Source: Desulfobulbaceae bacterium (lineage in GTDB: Bacteria > Desulfobacterota > Desulfobulbia > Desulfobulbales > SURF-16). From it: a stretch of 64,000 bases of DNA. Below the pieces are notes generated by a model that ran no database searches, was not told where the DNA came from, and saw only the letters and a program-made list of their open reading frames with translations. This document shows positions 16,982 through 25,005 of the stretch, piece by piece (position 1 is the first letter of the stretch; each line of letters begins with the position of its first letter). Where the stretch lies: positions 7,079 to 71,078 of the forward strand of contig JALNXE010000005.1 in assembly GCA_023230525.1 (NCBI GenBank), read 5' to 3'. The translations under genes were made by a program, and so were the position numbers.

Positions 16982-18256
16982 ATGAAAGTTTCCTGCAATA
17001 TCAAGGTAAACCATCTGAGCCGGGTGGAAGGGCACGGCAATATCCGCATCAGGATCAAAAACGGGGTGGTGGAAGAGGCGGGCTGGGACGTGGTGGAGAC
17101 CCCCCGTTTTTTCGAGGCCATCCTGGTGGGCAAACTGTGGGAAAACGCCCCCTATCTCTGCGGCCGGATCTGCGGCATCTGCTCCATCGGCCACACCCTG
17201 GCCAGCATCCGGGCGGTGGAAAACGCCTTTGGCCTGGTGCCCGACCGGCAGACCGAGAGCCTGCGGCTCCTGCTCAAACACATGGAGACCCTGCAGAGCC
17301 ACATCCTGCATCTTTATTTTCTGGCCGCCCCTGATTTTCTCCAGCTCGGCAGCGTGCTGCCGCTGATTGCGACCCATCCGGAGGTGGTGCAGCGCGCCGC
17401 CCGCCTGAAACTGCTGGCCAACGACGCCTGCGATATCATCGGCGGCCGGCGGCTGCATCCCACGCGGACCGTGGTCGGCGGCTTCACCATGCTGCCGGAA
17501 AAGTCCCAGCTCGCCCTGATCAAAGCAAGGCTGGAAGCCGCCCTGCCGGACCTGGTCAAAACAGCCGAGCTCTTCCACACCTTTGCCCTGCCTGATTTTG
17601 TCCGGGAGACGGAATTCGTCTCGTTAAAAGGCAAGGACCATTACCCCTTTATCGGCGGGGACCTGGTGTCCAGCGACGGGGTAATCAGGGCGGAGGATGA
17701 ATACCGGCAGATGACCAATGAATATATGGTGGACCACTCCACCTCCAAATGGAGCCGTCTTTCCCGCCAGTCTCTGGCGGCAGGGGCCCTGGCCCGGCTC
17801 AACAACAATTTTGCCCTGCTGCATCCCAAGGCCCGGGAAATCGCGGCAAGTTTCTCCCTGCAGCCGGTCAATCACAATCCCTTTATGAACAACATCGCCC
17901 AGCTGGTGGAATGCGTCCATGTGGTCATTGACAGTATTGCCATCACCAGCGAACTGCTGGCCGGCAAATGGCAGGAGCCCCGTCAGCCGGTCGTACCGCA
18001 GGCGGGGCGGGGGGTGGGCGCGGTGGAGGTGCCCAGGGGCATTCTGTACCATGCCTATGAATTTGACCCGGCAGGCCGCATCACCAGGGCTGACTGCGTC
18101 ATTCCCACCAGCCAGAACAACGCCAATATCCATTATGACATCATTGAGCTGGCCCGCCAGTCGGCGGCCCAGCAAAAAACTGACAGCGAGATCCAGCGCC
18201 TGGCCGAGATGCTGGTGCGGGCCTATGATCCCTGTATATCCTGTTCAGTCCACTGA
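16982..18256 (+). CDS. Group 3b NiFe hydrogenase alpha (large) subunit
   Basis: The N-terminal Ni-ligand motif is RICGICSIGH and the C-terminal motif is DPCISCSVH. The protein ends directly at that His. Confidence 0.9.
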   Translation: MKVSCNIKVNHLSRVEGHGNIRIRIKNGVVEEAGWDVVETPRFFEAILVGKLWENAPYLCGRICGICSIGHTLASIRAVENAFGLVPDRQTESLRLLLKHMETLQSHILHLYFLAAPDFLQLGSVLPLIATHPEVVQRAARLKLLANDACDIIGGRRLHPTRTVVGGFTMLPEKSQLALIKARLEAALPDLVKTAELFHTFALPDFVRETEFVSLKGKDHYPFIGGDLVSSDGVIRAEDEYRQMTNEYMVDHSTSKWSRLSRQSLAAGALARLNNNFALLHPKAREIAASFSLQPVNHNPFMNNIAQLVECVHVVIDSIAITSELLAGKWQEPRQPVVPQAGRGVGAVEVPRGILYHAYEFDPAGRITRADCVIPTSQNNANIHYDIIELARQSAAQQKTDSEIQRLAEMLVRAYDPCISCSVH

Positions 18257-18479
18257 TACGGTAAAATTCACCTCCAGCTCATAAAGTTCATCATGCAGTT
18301 GCCGGATGGCGGTGAGCAGATCAGCCGTCTGCAGGTCAAGGGTCATTTTCCGGCCACCCTGAGGAAAACACCAAGCCGGCAATGACGCCGCCCCATGGCT
18401 TGCCGCCCAGTGGCGCACCACCTTGTCCACCTCCGGCCAACTGCAGCCGGACGATTCAGCATCTTCCTTGATGCACAGG

Positions 18480-18585
18480 GTAAGCCGTTGTAACAAAATA
18501 ATGTCCTCATCTGGCTGGTAAAACGGCAGAAGGAGCCGTAACGAAATGGTTCAGCAAGCCGAGGTTCTTTCGTAACGGCTCCTAA
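18480..18585 (+). repeat. Mosaic intergenic hairpin repeat, copy 4 (type-1 variable module, no insert)
   Basis: Sequence: GTAAGCCGTTGTAACAAAATAATGTCCTCATCTGGCTGGTAAAACGGCAG-AAGGAGCCGTAACGAAAT-GGTTCAGCAAGCCGAGGTT-CTTTCGTAACGGCTCCTAA. Confidence 0.85.
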
Positions 18586-18613
18586 TTTTCATGAACGGCA
18601 CAGCGCGGGGGGC

Positions 18614-19207
18614 TCAGGCTGTGGTGAGCTGCTTGGCGATGAACTCTTTGTACTGCTCAACCGCCCGGCCATACTGGTCATTCAGTTCCACTTGGACTCT
18701 CTGCCACTCCTCGGCAAATTTGGGGTGCTGAGATGGCTGAAGCTTCATTTTCATGCCGGTCTGCTGGGCCAGATTCTTTTCCATCAGCATCATCTGCTGG
18801 GCAAACTGCTCTTCGAGCTGCTTTTTGAGCTGCTCCTTGTGCGACAGATAGCGGTCCAGGATCGATTTCATTTCCGTGAACACCTGGGCGAGCTCGCCCT
18901 TGCCCCGGCCGATTGCCATGAGGGCCTGCATGGCTTTTTCCGCGGCAGGGGCCTCATCCGCCTTCCTGGGCAGAACAATATTCCGGAGCAGGGCGGTCAC
19001 CATGCCCTTTTTCACATGGGGCCGTTCTTCAGCGGGATATTTTTCCAGAGCAGCGGGCAGATCAATCTGTTCACCCCGCAGAAAGCCCGCGGCAAGGCGC
19101 ATGCCTTCCTTTTCTTTTTCCTGCGGAATCAGCTCACCGGAGGCACTTGCCTCCATGCGGGCTGCCCGTTCCAGAACCATTTCAAGCGTGCTTCGTATTT
19201 CAGCCAT
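18614..19207 (-). CDS. Hypothetical coiled-coil-rich protein
   Basis: The reading frame has coding-like composition. The likely start is MAEIRSTLEMVLERAARME at 19207; the track's upstream extension is hydrophobic junk. The protein is rich in heptad-like K/E/Q/L stretches and I recognise no family. Confidence 0.55.
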   Translation of the reverse strand: MAEIRSTLEMVLERAARMEASASGELIPQEKEKEGMRLAAGFLRGEQIDLPAALEKYPAEERPHVKKGMVTALLRNIVLPRKADEAPAAEKAMQALMAIGRGKGELAQVFTEMKSILDRYLSHKEQLKKQLEEQFAQQMMLMEKNLAQQTGMKMKLQPSQHPKFAEEWQRVQVELNDQYGRAVEQYKEFIAKQLTTA

Positions 19208-19395
19208 TTTCTTATCCGTTTTGGTGGAATTATTTTGCCACAAAACCAGCGAGAGAAGGGGAAAACCAATCCCTGACAATGTACCCTCTGCAACCAATCT
19301 TGGCGATAAAAATCATGAGCGGGAAACAGGCAGGGCCTGTCGGCAAACTACCCGGCAAAAAAATGCGTGGCCAACCGGATAGAGACTTTAGCTGA

Positions 19396-19424
19396 TTGAC
19401 AAATCCAGCTGCCTCGCTTAGTAT
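19396..19424 (+). promoter_or_regulatory. Near-consensus sigma70-type promoter of the zinc-ribbon/ATP-grasp pair
   Basis: TTGACA at 19396-19401, a 17-nt spacer, then TAGTAT at 19419-19424. It is followed by the Shine-Dalgarno AAAGGAGG and a GTG at 19448. Confidence 0.5.
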
Positions 19425-19447
19425 ATTACACTTTTTCAAAGGAGGAA

Positions 19448-19723
19448 TTGAAAGTGGATACTCCTGTAGACTCTAAGTCCCGCAGCAATCAAAATGCCAA
19501 TAGGGGCATGCGGCTTACCTGCCCAACCTGTGGTAATGACACAGATTTTGTCGAAGTTGCCGATGGGGTTATCCTGACGACCCATTATGTGCAGAACGAC
19601 GATTGCAGCTTTAGCCAGGATGGTGACGAATCCCAGATACTCGGGGAAATCCGTTTTTTCTGCGGAGAATGCAACGCCGATCTCACCCGCTTCCATCAGC
19701 GTTTTGTGGAAATGCTCTTTTGA
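19448..19723 (+). CDS. Small zinc-ribbon protein (CPTCG ... CGEC)
   Basis: 91 aa, GTG start 7 nt after AGGAGG. Two Cys pairs (CPTCGNDTDF and FFCGECNADL) bracket an acidic stretch, QNDDCSFSQDGDESQ. Confidence 0.6.
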   Translation: MKVDTPVDSKSRSNQNANRGMRLTCPTCGNDTDFVEVADGVILTTHYVQNDDCSFSQDGDESQILGEIRFFCGECNADLTRFHQRFVEMLF

Positions 19724-20496
19724 CCCCCCCCACTCCCGCTCTCACTCCCCGCGTTATCACCACCAACCAGATCCTGCGCCAAGAATATCACAACCTGCGG
19801 GAGGGGGATATTTTTATCGGGCGATTGCGCCTCAAGACAACCGAGGAGCATCTTCTCCTCGATCTGGTTGAGCGGGGCATTATTCTCTTTCCCTCGGCCC
19901 TGAGCCAGCATCTGTGCCGCTCCAAGGTTTTTCAGGCCCATATTTTCGGCGGGCTGATGCTTCCCCTTACCATACCGGTCCATGATCAGCATGACATGCT
20001 GAAGATCATCAATCTGTATCAGAAAAACGGCATCAACCGAGTGGTGACCAAGCTTGACAGAAAAAACGCCGGCATGGGCATTCACCTGTGGCATGACGTT
20101 GAGGACGTTTTCAGCCACGCCACCCTGGGCTCCCTGCCCTTTCCATTTGTTATCCAGCCATTTGCGGAAAACAGCCGGGATATTCGCGTCATTATCCTTG
20201 GCGATTATATCGAGTCATACGCCCGGCACAATCCGCACAACTTCAGAAATAATCTGCACTGCGGGGGACAGAGCAGCCCCTGTGAGATAAACGGGGAGCA
20301 ACTTGAGCTCTGCCGGCAGGTCATGGCCAGGGGCAAATTTCCATACGCCCATCTTGATCTGATGATTGTGGAAAGCGGGGCAACTTATCTGGCTGAGATC
20401 AATTTACGCGGCGGCATCAAGGGAGCGCAAATCACCCCGGCTGCGTATCACAGCCGGGTGGAGGCGATCCAGCGGCATTTTCTCAGCACGCGGTGA
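19720..20496 (+). CDS. ATP-grasp ligase, RimK/LysX-like
   Basis: Contains VVTKLDRKNAGMGIHLW, FVIQPF...RDIRVIILGD, NLHCGGQ and AHLDLMIVESGATYLAEINLRGGIKG, the ATP-grasp core. The start is uncertain: a TTG at 19720 overlaps the upstream stop (TTTGA). The ATG at 19669 has no usable SD spacing and overlaps the upstream gene by 55 nt. Confidence 0.7.
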   Translation: MTPPTPALTPRVITTNQILRQEYHNLREGDIFIGRLRLKTTEEHLLLDLVERGIILFPSALSQHLCRSKVFQAHIFGGLMLPLTIPVHDQHDMLKIINLYQKNGINRVVTKLDRKNAGMGIHLWHDVEDVFSHATLGSLPFPFVIQPFAENSRDIRVIILGDYIESYARHNPHNFRNNLHCGGQSSPCEINGEQLELCRQVMARGKFPYAHLDLMIVESGATYLAEINLRGGIKGAQITPAAYHSRVEAIQRHFLSTR

Positions 20497-20505
20497 GTTT
20501 TCCAT

Positions 20506-20544
20506 AAAAAAAAAGGAGGCCGCAGAATTTAATCCGCAACCTCC
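20506..20544 (-). terminator. Rho-independent terminator of dsrC
   Basis: The minus strand reads GGAGGTTGCGGA-TTAAAT-TCTGCGGCCTCC followed by T9. The stem is 12 bp including G-U pairs. It lies between the convergent ATP-grasp gene and dsrC. Confidence 0.8.
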
Positions 20545-20583
20545 TTGTAAAGCTAAGCAGCCCGAAGACTGTTTATAAAAGCA

Positions 20584-20904
20584 TCATACGCAACCGGTCG
20601 GTTTCGGCAGACCAGCCATTTTACAGGCTCCTTTACCAGGTCCTGAGGGGAACAGCTCATAAATTCTTTTCAGCGGGAAACCTGTGGTTTTGGAAAGAAT
20701 ACGAACCATCGGTGCAATACCGTTTTTCTTGTAGTAATCCTGCAGAGCGTTGATTACTTTCCAGTGCTCGTCTGTCAGGTCGCTGATGCCTTCCAGGCTT
20801 TTTACATACTCAACCCAACCCTGATTCCACTCTTCCATACCTTTTGTAAGGAAGCCGTCCTCATCTACATCGTAAGAATGCCCTGCATGTTCAATAATTG
20901 CCAT
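20584..20904 (-). CDS. dsrC: DsrC (TusE/DsrC/DsvC family sulfur relay protein)
   Basis: 106 aa. The C-terminal arm GKGACKMAGLPKPTGCV carries both conserved cysteines, including the penultimate Cys that distinguishes bona fide DsrC. There is a strong SD (AAAGGAGGAATCAC-ATG). Confidence 0.9.
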   Translation of the reverse strand: MAIIEHAGHSYDVDEDGFLTKGMEEWNQGWVEYVKSLEGISDLTDEHWKVINALQDYYKKNGIAPMVRILSKTTGFPLKRIYELFPSGPGKGACKMAGLPKPTGCV

Positions 20905-20989
20905 GTGATTCCTCCTTTGCGAGATTAATTCAAATTGCTAACGATAGTTGTCTTAGCAAGATTCACTTACCTTCTCTAATAAATAATCC

Positions 20990-21018
20990 TAAATAATCGA
21001 TGCTTTTACATTTGTCAA
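20990..21018 (-). promoter_or_regulatory. Candidate sigma70-type promoter of dsrC in an AT-rich leader
   Basis: The minus strand reads TTGACA (21018-21013), N17, TATTTA (20995-20990). The predicted 5' UTR of about 80 nt contains a TTGCTAA/TTAGCAA hairpin. Confidence 0.35.
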
Positions 21019-21152
21019 GAATGCAAATGGCAATTTTTTCATTTTATGCATGATTACTCATTCATTTATTAACAATTCGTTTTGAATCAACAGGTTATAC
21101 CGCAGAAAATAACCACAAAATAGTAGCATTTTGCCCAGCGAATACTGTAATT

Positions 21153-22508
21153 TTACCTAATTTTGCTATAGTAGTCCTGCAACTCCCTAGCAAGAAATCG
21201 CTTTATTTTGCCCAAATTCCGATAATGGGCGCCGCCAAGGTCAGACAATCTGGCACGGGACAACAATGAGTCCACCTTGCCCTCGACCTTGCTCCACAGA
21301 TTTTTCTTGTAGCTGCTGTCCAGATTGACGAGCCCGGCCTTGTGGGCCAGGCATTGCCGCACCAGGCGCGGCACGCTCCACCGGGTAAACCACAGCCAGG
21401 AGAGAAAACAGACCACGGCCACACCGGTTAAAGGAAGCAGCAGGTGCCGGGTGGAGACAGTACCCTGCACCAGAGCGCTGATCAGCGACTCGTCCGGCAC
21501 GCCGGTTAACCCCTTGAGGATGGGCCCGGTGAGAAAAAAGGCGGCCAGACCCGCCACCAGAGTAAACTTGCCGACTCTGGCCAGAATTGTTCTGCCCATG
21601 CTGCTGAAGGTGCACATCGCCTCGCAGACCAGCAGCAGCTCATTGACCTGCCGGTCGATGTCCTGCAGGATATGATTGACGCGAAATCCCGGGGCGGACA
21701 GGACCTTCTTTTTCAGCTGCTCCCGCTCCTCCCGCCAGACCGAGAGGATTTCCGACGGTTCCGCCTCGCCGGGGGCATAGGTGACATAAATGGTGGGGAT
21801 ATCCTTGCGGCCCGTCATCTGGGAAAGATTCCAGCACAGGGTCCCGTAAGATCTGACCAGATCGCTCAGGTTATCGCACTCATCGATGCGGCTCATGACG
21901 AAAACGATCCTGTCCTCGCCGGCGGTGTCGGGCAGGGTGCTGCGGATGGCGGTATAGGTCTCGCTGATGGTGCCGGCCTTATGGGGGTCAAACATGAGCA
22001 CAACGAGGTCGGCCAGCTTAGCGAACTCCCCCAGCACGGCCAGGTAATCATAACCGCGGTCCTTTTCCGTGACCGCGTCCAGCATGCCAGGGCTGTCGAT
22101 CAGGGCCATATTCTCCAGAAAGGGGACATCAACCTTTTTCAAGCGGAAATGGGCGATAAACTGCTCGCCGAAGGACTTGAACCGGCCGAAAGGCAGGGTT
22201 TCATCGTTAACCAGGGTGGAGCCTGGCACCTCCTTTTCACCATCCTCTCTGCCGTGGGTGGTGAGGATGGTAAACGAATCATCCGTGGGCGCCTGCCCGG
22301 TGCGCTGGATGTTCTGGCCGATGAGCTCATTGATGAAGGTGGACTTACCGGAGGAATAATTGCCGATAATGAGAACGATGGGCTTCCACTTGAGCACCGA
22401 CTCCAAGTCGGAGTAGTCGAGCCGGTAACGGTTAAAGAGCGGCAACAAACTCGTGCGAACATGGTGCTGCAGCTCTGCCTGCAATTTTTTTTCGTCCATG
22501 GCATTCAA
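21153..22508 (-). CDS. EHD-like dynamin-superfamily NTPase with C-terminal membrane segments
   Basis: 451 aa. It contains KPIVLIIGNYSSGKSTFINELIG (P-loop), APTDDSFTIL, ALIDSPGMLDAVTEKDRGYDYLAVLGEFAKLADLVVLMFDPHKAGTISETY, IVFVMSRIDE and SYGTLCWNLSQM. Two hydrophobic stretches follow (FTLVAGLAAFFLTGPIL, LLLPLTGVAVVCFLSWLWF). Confidence 0.8.
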   Translation of the reverse strand: MNAMDEKKLQAELQHHVRTSLLPLFNRYRLDYSDLESVLKWKPIVLIIGNYSSGKSTFINELIGQNIQRTGQAPTDDSFTILTTHGREDGEKEVPGSTLVNDETLPFGRFKSFGEQFIAHFRLKKVDVPFLENMALIDSPGMLDAVTEKDRGYDYLAVLGEFAKLADLVVLMFDPHKAGTISETYTAIRSTLPDTAGEDRIVFVMSRIDECDNLSDLVRSYGTLCWNLSQMTGRKDIPTIYVTYAPGEAEPSEILSVWREEREQLKKKVLSAPGFRVNHILQDIDRQVNELLLVCEAMCTFSSMGRTILARVGKFTLVAGLAAFFLTGPILKGLTGVPDESLISALVQGTVSTRHLLLPLTGVAVVCFLSWLWFTRWSVPRLVRQCLAHKAGLVNLDSSYKKNLWSKVEGKVDSLLSRARLSDLGGAHYRNLGKIKRFLARELQDYYSKIR

Positions 22509-22644
22509 GGGGGTGGATATTGATCAAAGGGCAAGCCGGTCCGTTGTTTTGGTCTCCCCATCATTAACAGATAGCCGCTGAAATGACATTGAAAATATGC
22601 GGGGTCATTGCCTCCCAAAAATTATTGATAGCTTTGTAAAAAGT

Positions 22645-22678
22645 CCCGGCACCGAATTTTCGTGCCGGTAAATCAAGA
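22645..22678 (-). terminator. Candidate terminator after the LemA-TPM-TPM operon
   Basis: The minus strand reads CCGGCAC-GAAAATTCG-GTGCCGG followed by GACTTTTTAC. The stem is 7 bp with a 9-nt loop. Confidence 0.5.
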
Positions 22679-22753
22679 AATTATCATGCACTGTACGGCT
22701 GCCGAGTGGATTTTCATCCTCAAGGCCAAGGGGCATAAATGCGAGACAGTCAA

Positions 22754-23392
22754 TTATTGACCGATAATGACCTCGTCAGAGAGTTCATTGACGTCATCCG
22801 CTTTGACAGGAAAATGGCGGGCCAGGAGTTCTCCAACCTCCATGATCGACCGGCACAGCATATCAGCGGCCTGACCGCTCTTCATGCCCGCGGCAATATC
22901 ATGGGCATATGCCTGCAGGGCCTCCTGCCGGATCTTGGCATAGATCCCCTGGTCAGCCAGCACCCAGACCTTGTGTTCAAAAAGGGAGATAAAAAAAAGC
23001 ACGCCGCTCTCATCCCGGGTCTTGTGCAATCCTTTTTCATAAAAGGCGGTAAGGGCCCGGTCCCGCACCTGCAGCTCCAGCCGGTCACCAGGGGTAAAGA
23101 ATCTTTTGACCTCGGGCAGATAGTGCACCAGCCAGCCGCAGAGGGCGGTCAGCACCAGGGCCGACACCACAAATACCCACAGGTCCCCGGCCCAGAACAG
23201 CTCGGTGGCGGCCAGGGCCGACAGGCTGCCGATCACCCCGCCGGCCAGCATCTGGCCCTCGGGATAGGCGTCGCTCTGGTCAACCACCATCACCGCAATC
23301 TCGCCCGCCGTTCTGCCCTCCACGGCGTGAACCGCGTCAGCGATTTTCTTTTTGTCAGCTTCCGTAAAAAATGAATCCGCCTTCATGATCAC
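22754..23392 (-). CDS. TPM-domain protein (short form with C-terminal TM segments)
   Basis: Has FFTEADKKKIADAVHAVEGRTAGEIAVMVVDQSDAY at the N-terminus and two TM segments. It overlaps the upstream TPM gene by 4 nt (ATGA). Confidence 0.7.
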   Translation of the reverse strand: MIMKADSFFTEADKKKIADAVHAVEGRTAGEIAVMVVDQSDAYPEGQMLAGGVIGSLSALAATELFWAGDLWVFVVSALVLTALCGWLVHYLPEVKRFFTPGDRLELQVRDRALTAFYEKGLHKTRDESGVLFFISLFEHKVWVLADQGIYAKIRQEALQAYAHDIAAGMKSGQAADMLCRSIMEVGELLARHFPVKADDVNELSDEVIIGQ

Positions 23393-24273
23393 CAGTTCCC
23401 TGAAGCGCCGCCGCCGCCGAATCCGCCGCCGCCAAAGCCGCCAAACCCTCCACCGCCGAAACCACCGCCCCCGCCATAGTAGCCCGCACCGCCTCCCCGC
23501 AGCATGCCGGCCATGAAAAACGGCAGCAGCCAGCCGCCAAAGGCGCCGGCAGGGATCAGCAGAAGCAGCAGCAGGAAGCTGAACGGCAGCAAGCCGAAAA
23601 GAAAGGCCAGGGGGAAAAGCACAGCCCCGCCGATCACCCCCAAAGGCCGCCAGATTCTGCCCAGAAAGGCAACCAGGAACAGGCCGAAAAAAAGAAACTG
23701 AAAAAGCAGGGGCGGCGGTTCGTCACCCCGGCGTACCCGTGCCCCCTGCCGGTCCGCCTTGAATTCGCCCCGGGTGGCCTGGATAATCGCCGCCACCCCG
23801 GCCTCAAAGCCCTGATCAAATCTGCCGCTCTTGAAGTACGGGCTGATGACACTGTCAATAATGCGGCCGCTCAACAGATCGGTCAGCACCGGCTCCAGCC
23901 CGCGGCCCACCTCGATCCTGATCTTTCTGTCGTTTTTGACCACCAGGAGCAGCACGCCATTGTCCTTGCCCTTCTGCCCGATCTTCCACTGGTCCACCGT
24001 CCTGATGCTGAAATCCTCCAGGGCATCTCCCTCGAGAGAGGGAATGGTCAGTATCGCCACCTGGGTGGAATCGCTCAGATCAAAGGACTGCAGGGCCCGC
24101 TCAAGCTTTGCCCGCTCCTGGGGCGAGATCATCTCTGCATAGTCATTGACATAGCCCTTATACGGGGGAACATCCAAGGCAAGGGCCGGCCTGGCCAGGC
24201 CGAGAATGCAGGCCACGAGCAGCAGCCCGACCCCCAGGCGCCATCTATGCAGGTATGGTGCGAAAGCTCTCAA
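23389..24273 (-). CDS. TPM-domain (YgcG-like) protein with a glycine-rich tail
   Basis: Signal peptide, then VNDYAEMISPQERAKLERAL...VAILTIPSL (TPM/TLP18.3-type), TM segments, and the C-terminal tail GGGAGYYGGGGGFGGGGFGGFGGGGFGGGGASGNW. Confidence 0.75.
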   Translation of the reverse strand: MRAFAPYLHRWRLGVGLLLVACILGLARPALALDVPPYKGYVNDYAEMISPQERAKLERALQSFDLSDSTQVAILTIPSLEGDALEDFSIRTVDQWKIGQKGKDNGVLLLVVKNDRKIRIEVGRGLEPVLTDLLSGRIIDSVISPYFKSGRFDQGFEAGVAAIIQATRGEFKADRQGARVRRGDEPPPLLFQFLFFGLFLVAFLGRIWRPLGVIGGAVLFPLAFLFGLLPFSFLLLLLLIPAGAFGGWLLPFFMAGMLRGGGAGYYGGGGGFGGGGFGGFGGGGFGGGGASGNW

Positions 24274-24301
24274 TGTATTTTCCCGGGGTTGTCAGCCGGC
24301 C

Positions 24302-24889
24302 TTAAAACTTCACCTTGGGGGCGGTCTCGGCCCCGGCCTCGGCCTTGAAAGCTTCACGCCGCGGCAGTTTCAGCAGGAAATTATTGGTCAGATTATTGGG
24401 GAAGGTGCGGATCGAGGTGTTGAATACCCGCACGGCTTCGTTATAACGGACCCGGGCCACGTTGATTCTGTTTTCCGTGCCTTCCAGCTGGTGCTGCAGA
24501 TCCCTGAAATTCTGATTGGCCTTGAGATCAGGATACCGCTCCACCACCACCATCAACCGGGACAGGGCGGAACTCAAGCCCCCCTGGGCGTTCTGGAACT
24601 GGGTCAGGGCCTCGGGATTGTTGATGACATCGCTGCCGAGTTTCAACTGGCCCACCTTGGCCCGGGCCTCGGTGACGGCGGTAAGCGTCTCCTTTTCATG
24701 GGCCGCATACCCCTTCACCACCTCCACCAGGTTAGGGATCAGGTCGGCGCGGCGCTGATAAGCGGCCTCCACATCGCCCCAGGCGGCAGTAACGGTTTCG
24801 TCATTTTGCTGAATGGTATTATAGCCGCAGCCGCTGAGGCCAAAACATACCAGTAGAAAAACAGGAATAAACAAAAAAATTCTTTTCAT
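24302..24889 (-). CDS. LemA family protein
   Basis: Lipoprotein-like start [24 protein letters not shown], then [21 protein letters not shown]...[15 protein letters not shown]...[16 protein letters not shown], the LemA signature region. The start is placed at the internal Met (24889) rather than the track's 25000. Confidence 0.85.
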   Translation of the reverse strand: MKRIFLFIPVFLLVCFGLSGCGYNTIQQNDETVTAAWGDVEAAYQRRADLIPNLVEVVKGYAAHEKETLTAVTEARAKVGQLKLGSDVINNPEALTQFQNAQGGLSSALSRLMVVVERYPDLKANQNFRDLQHQLEGTENRINVARVRYNEAVRVFNTSIRTFPNNLTNNFLLKLPRREAFKAEAGAETAPKVKF

Positions 24890-25005
24890 CACGGTAACTC
24901 TCCAGAAATATTTAGTGTTACGGCATTTTTTGTCATATCTTAATACAGAAAAAGAGCTTGTCAATCGCCTGCCGGCAGAAAGCCCCCAAGTTTCCTGCAC
25001 TTGCG

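Noticed and set aside
18245-18496. An 83-aa minus-strand ORF convergent with, and overlapping, the end of the hydrogenase large-subunit gene.
   Set aside because: Its start codon and first few residues lie inside repeat copy 4. It has no SD and no recognisable motif. An internal 33-aa version (MTLDLQTADLLTAIRQLHDELYELEVNFTVSVD) cannot be supported either.
23395-23500. A GCC/GCCGCC-rich periodic tract that looks like a tandem DNA repeat.
   Set aside because: It is the coding sequence, on the reverse strand, of the poly-glycine tail (GGGGGFGGGGFGGFGGGGFGGGG) of the YgcG-like TPM protein. It is low-complexity coding sequence, not a CRISPR or satellite array.
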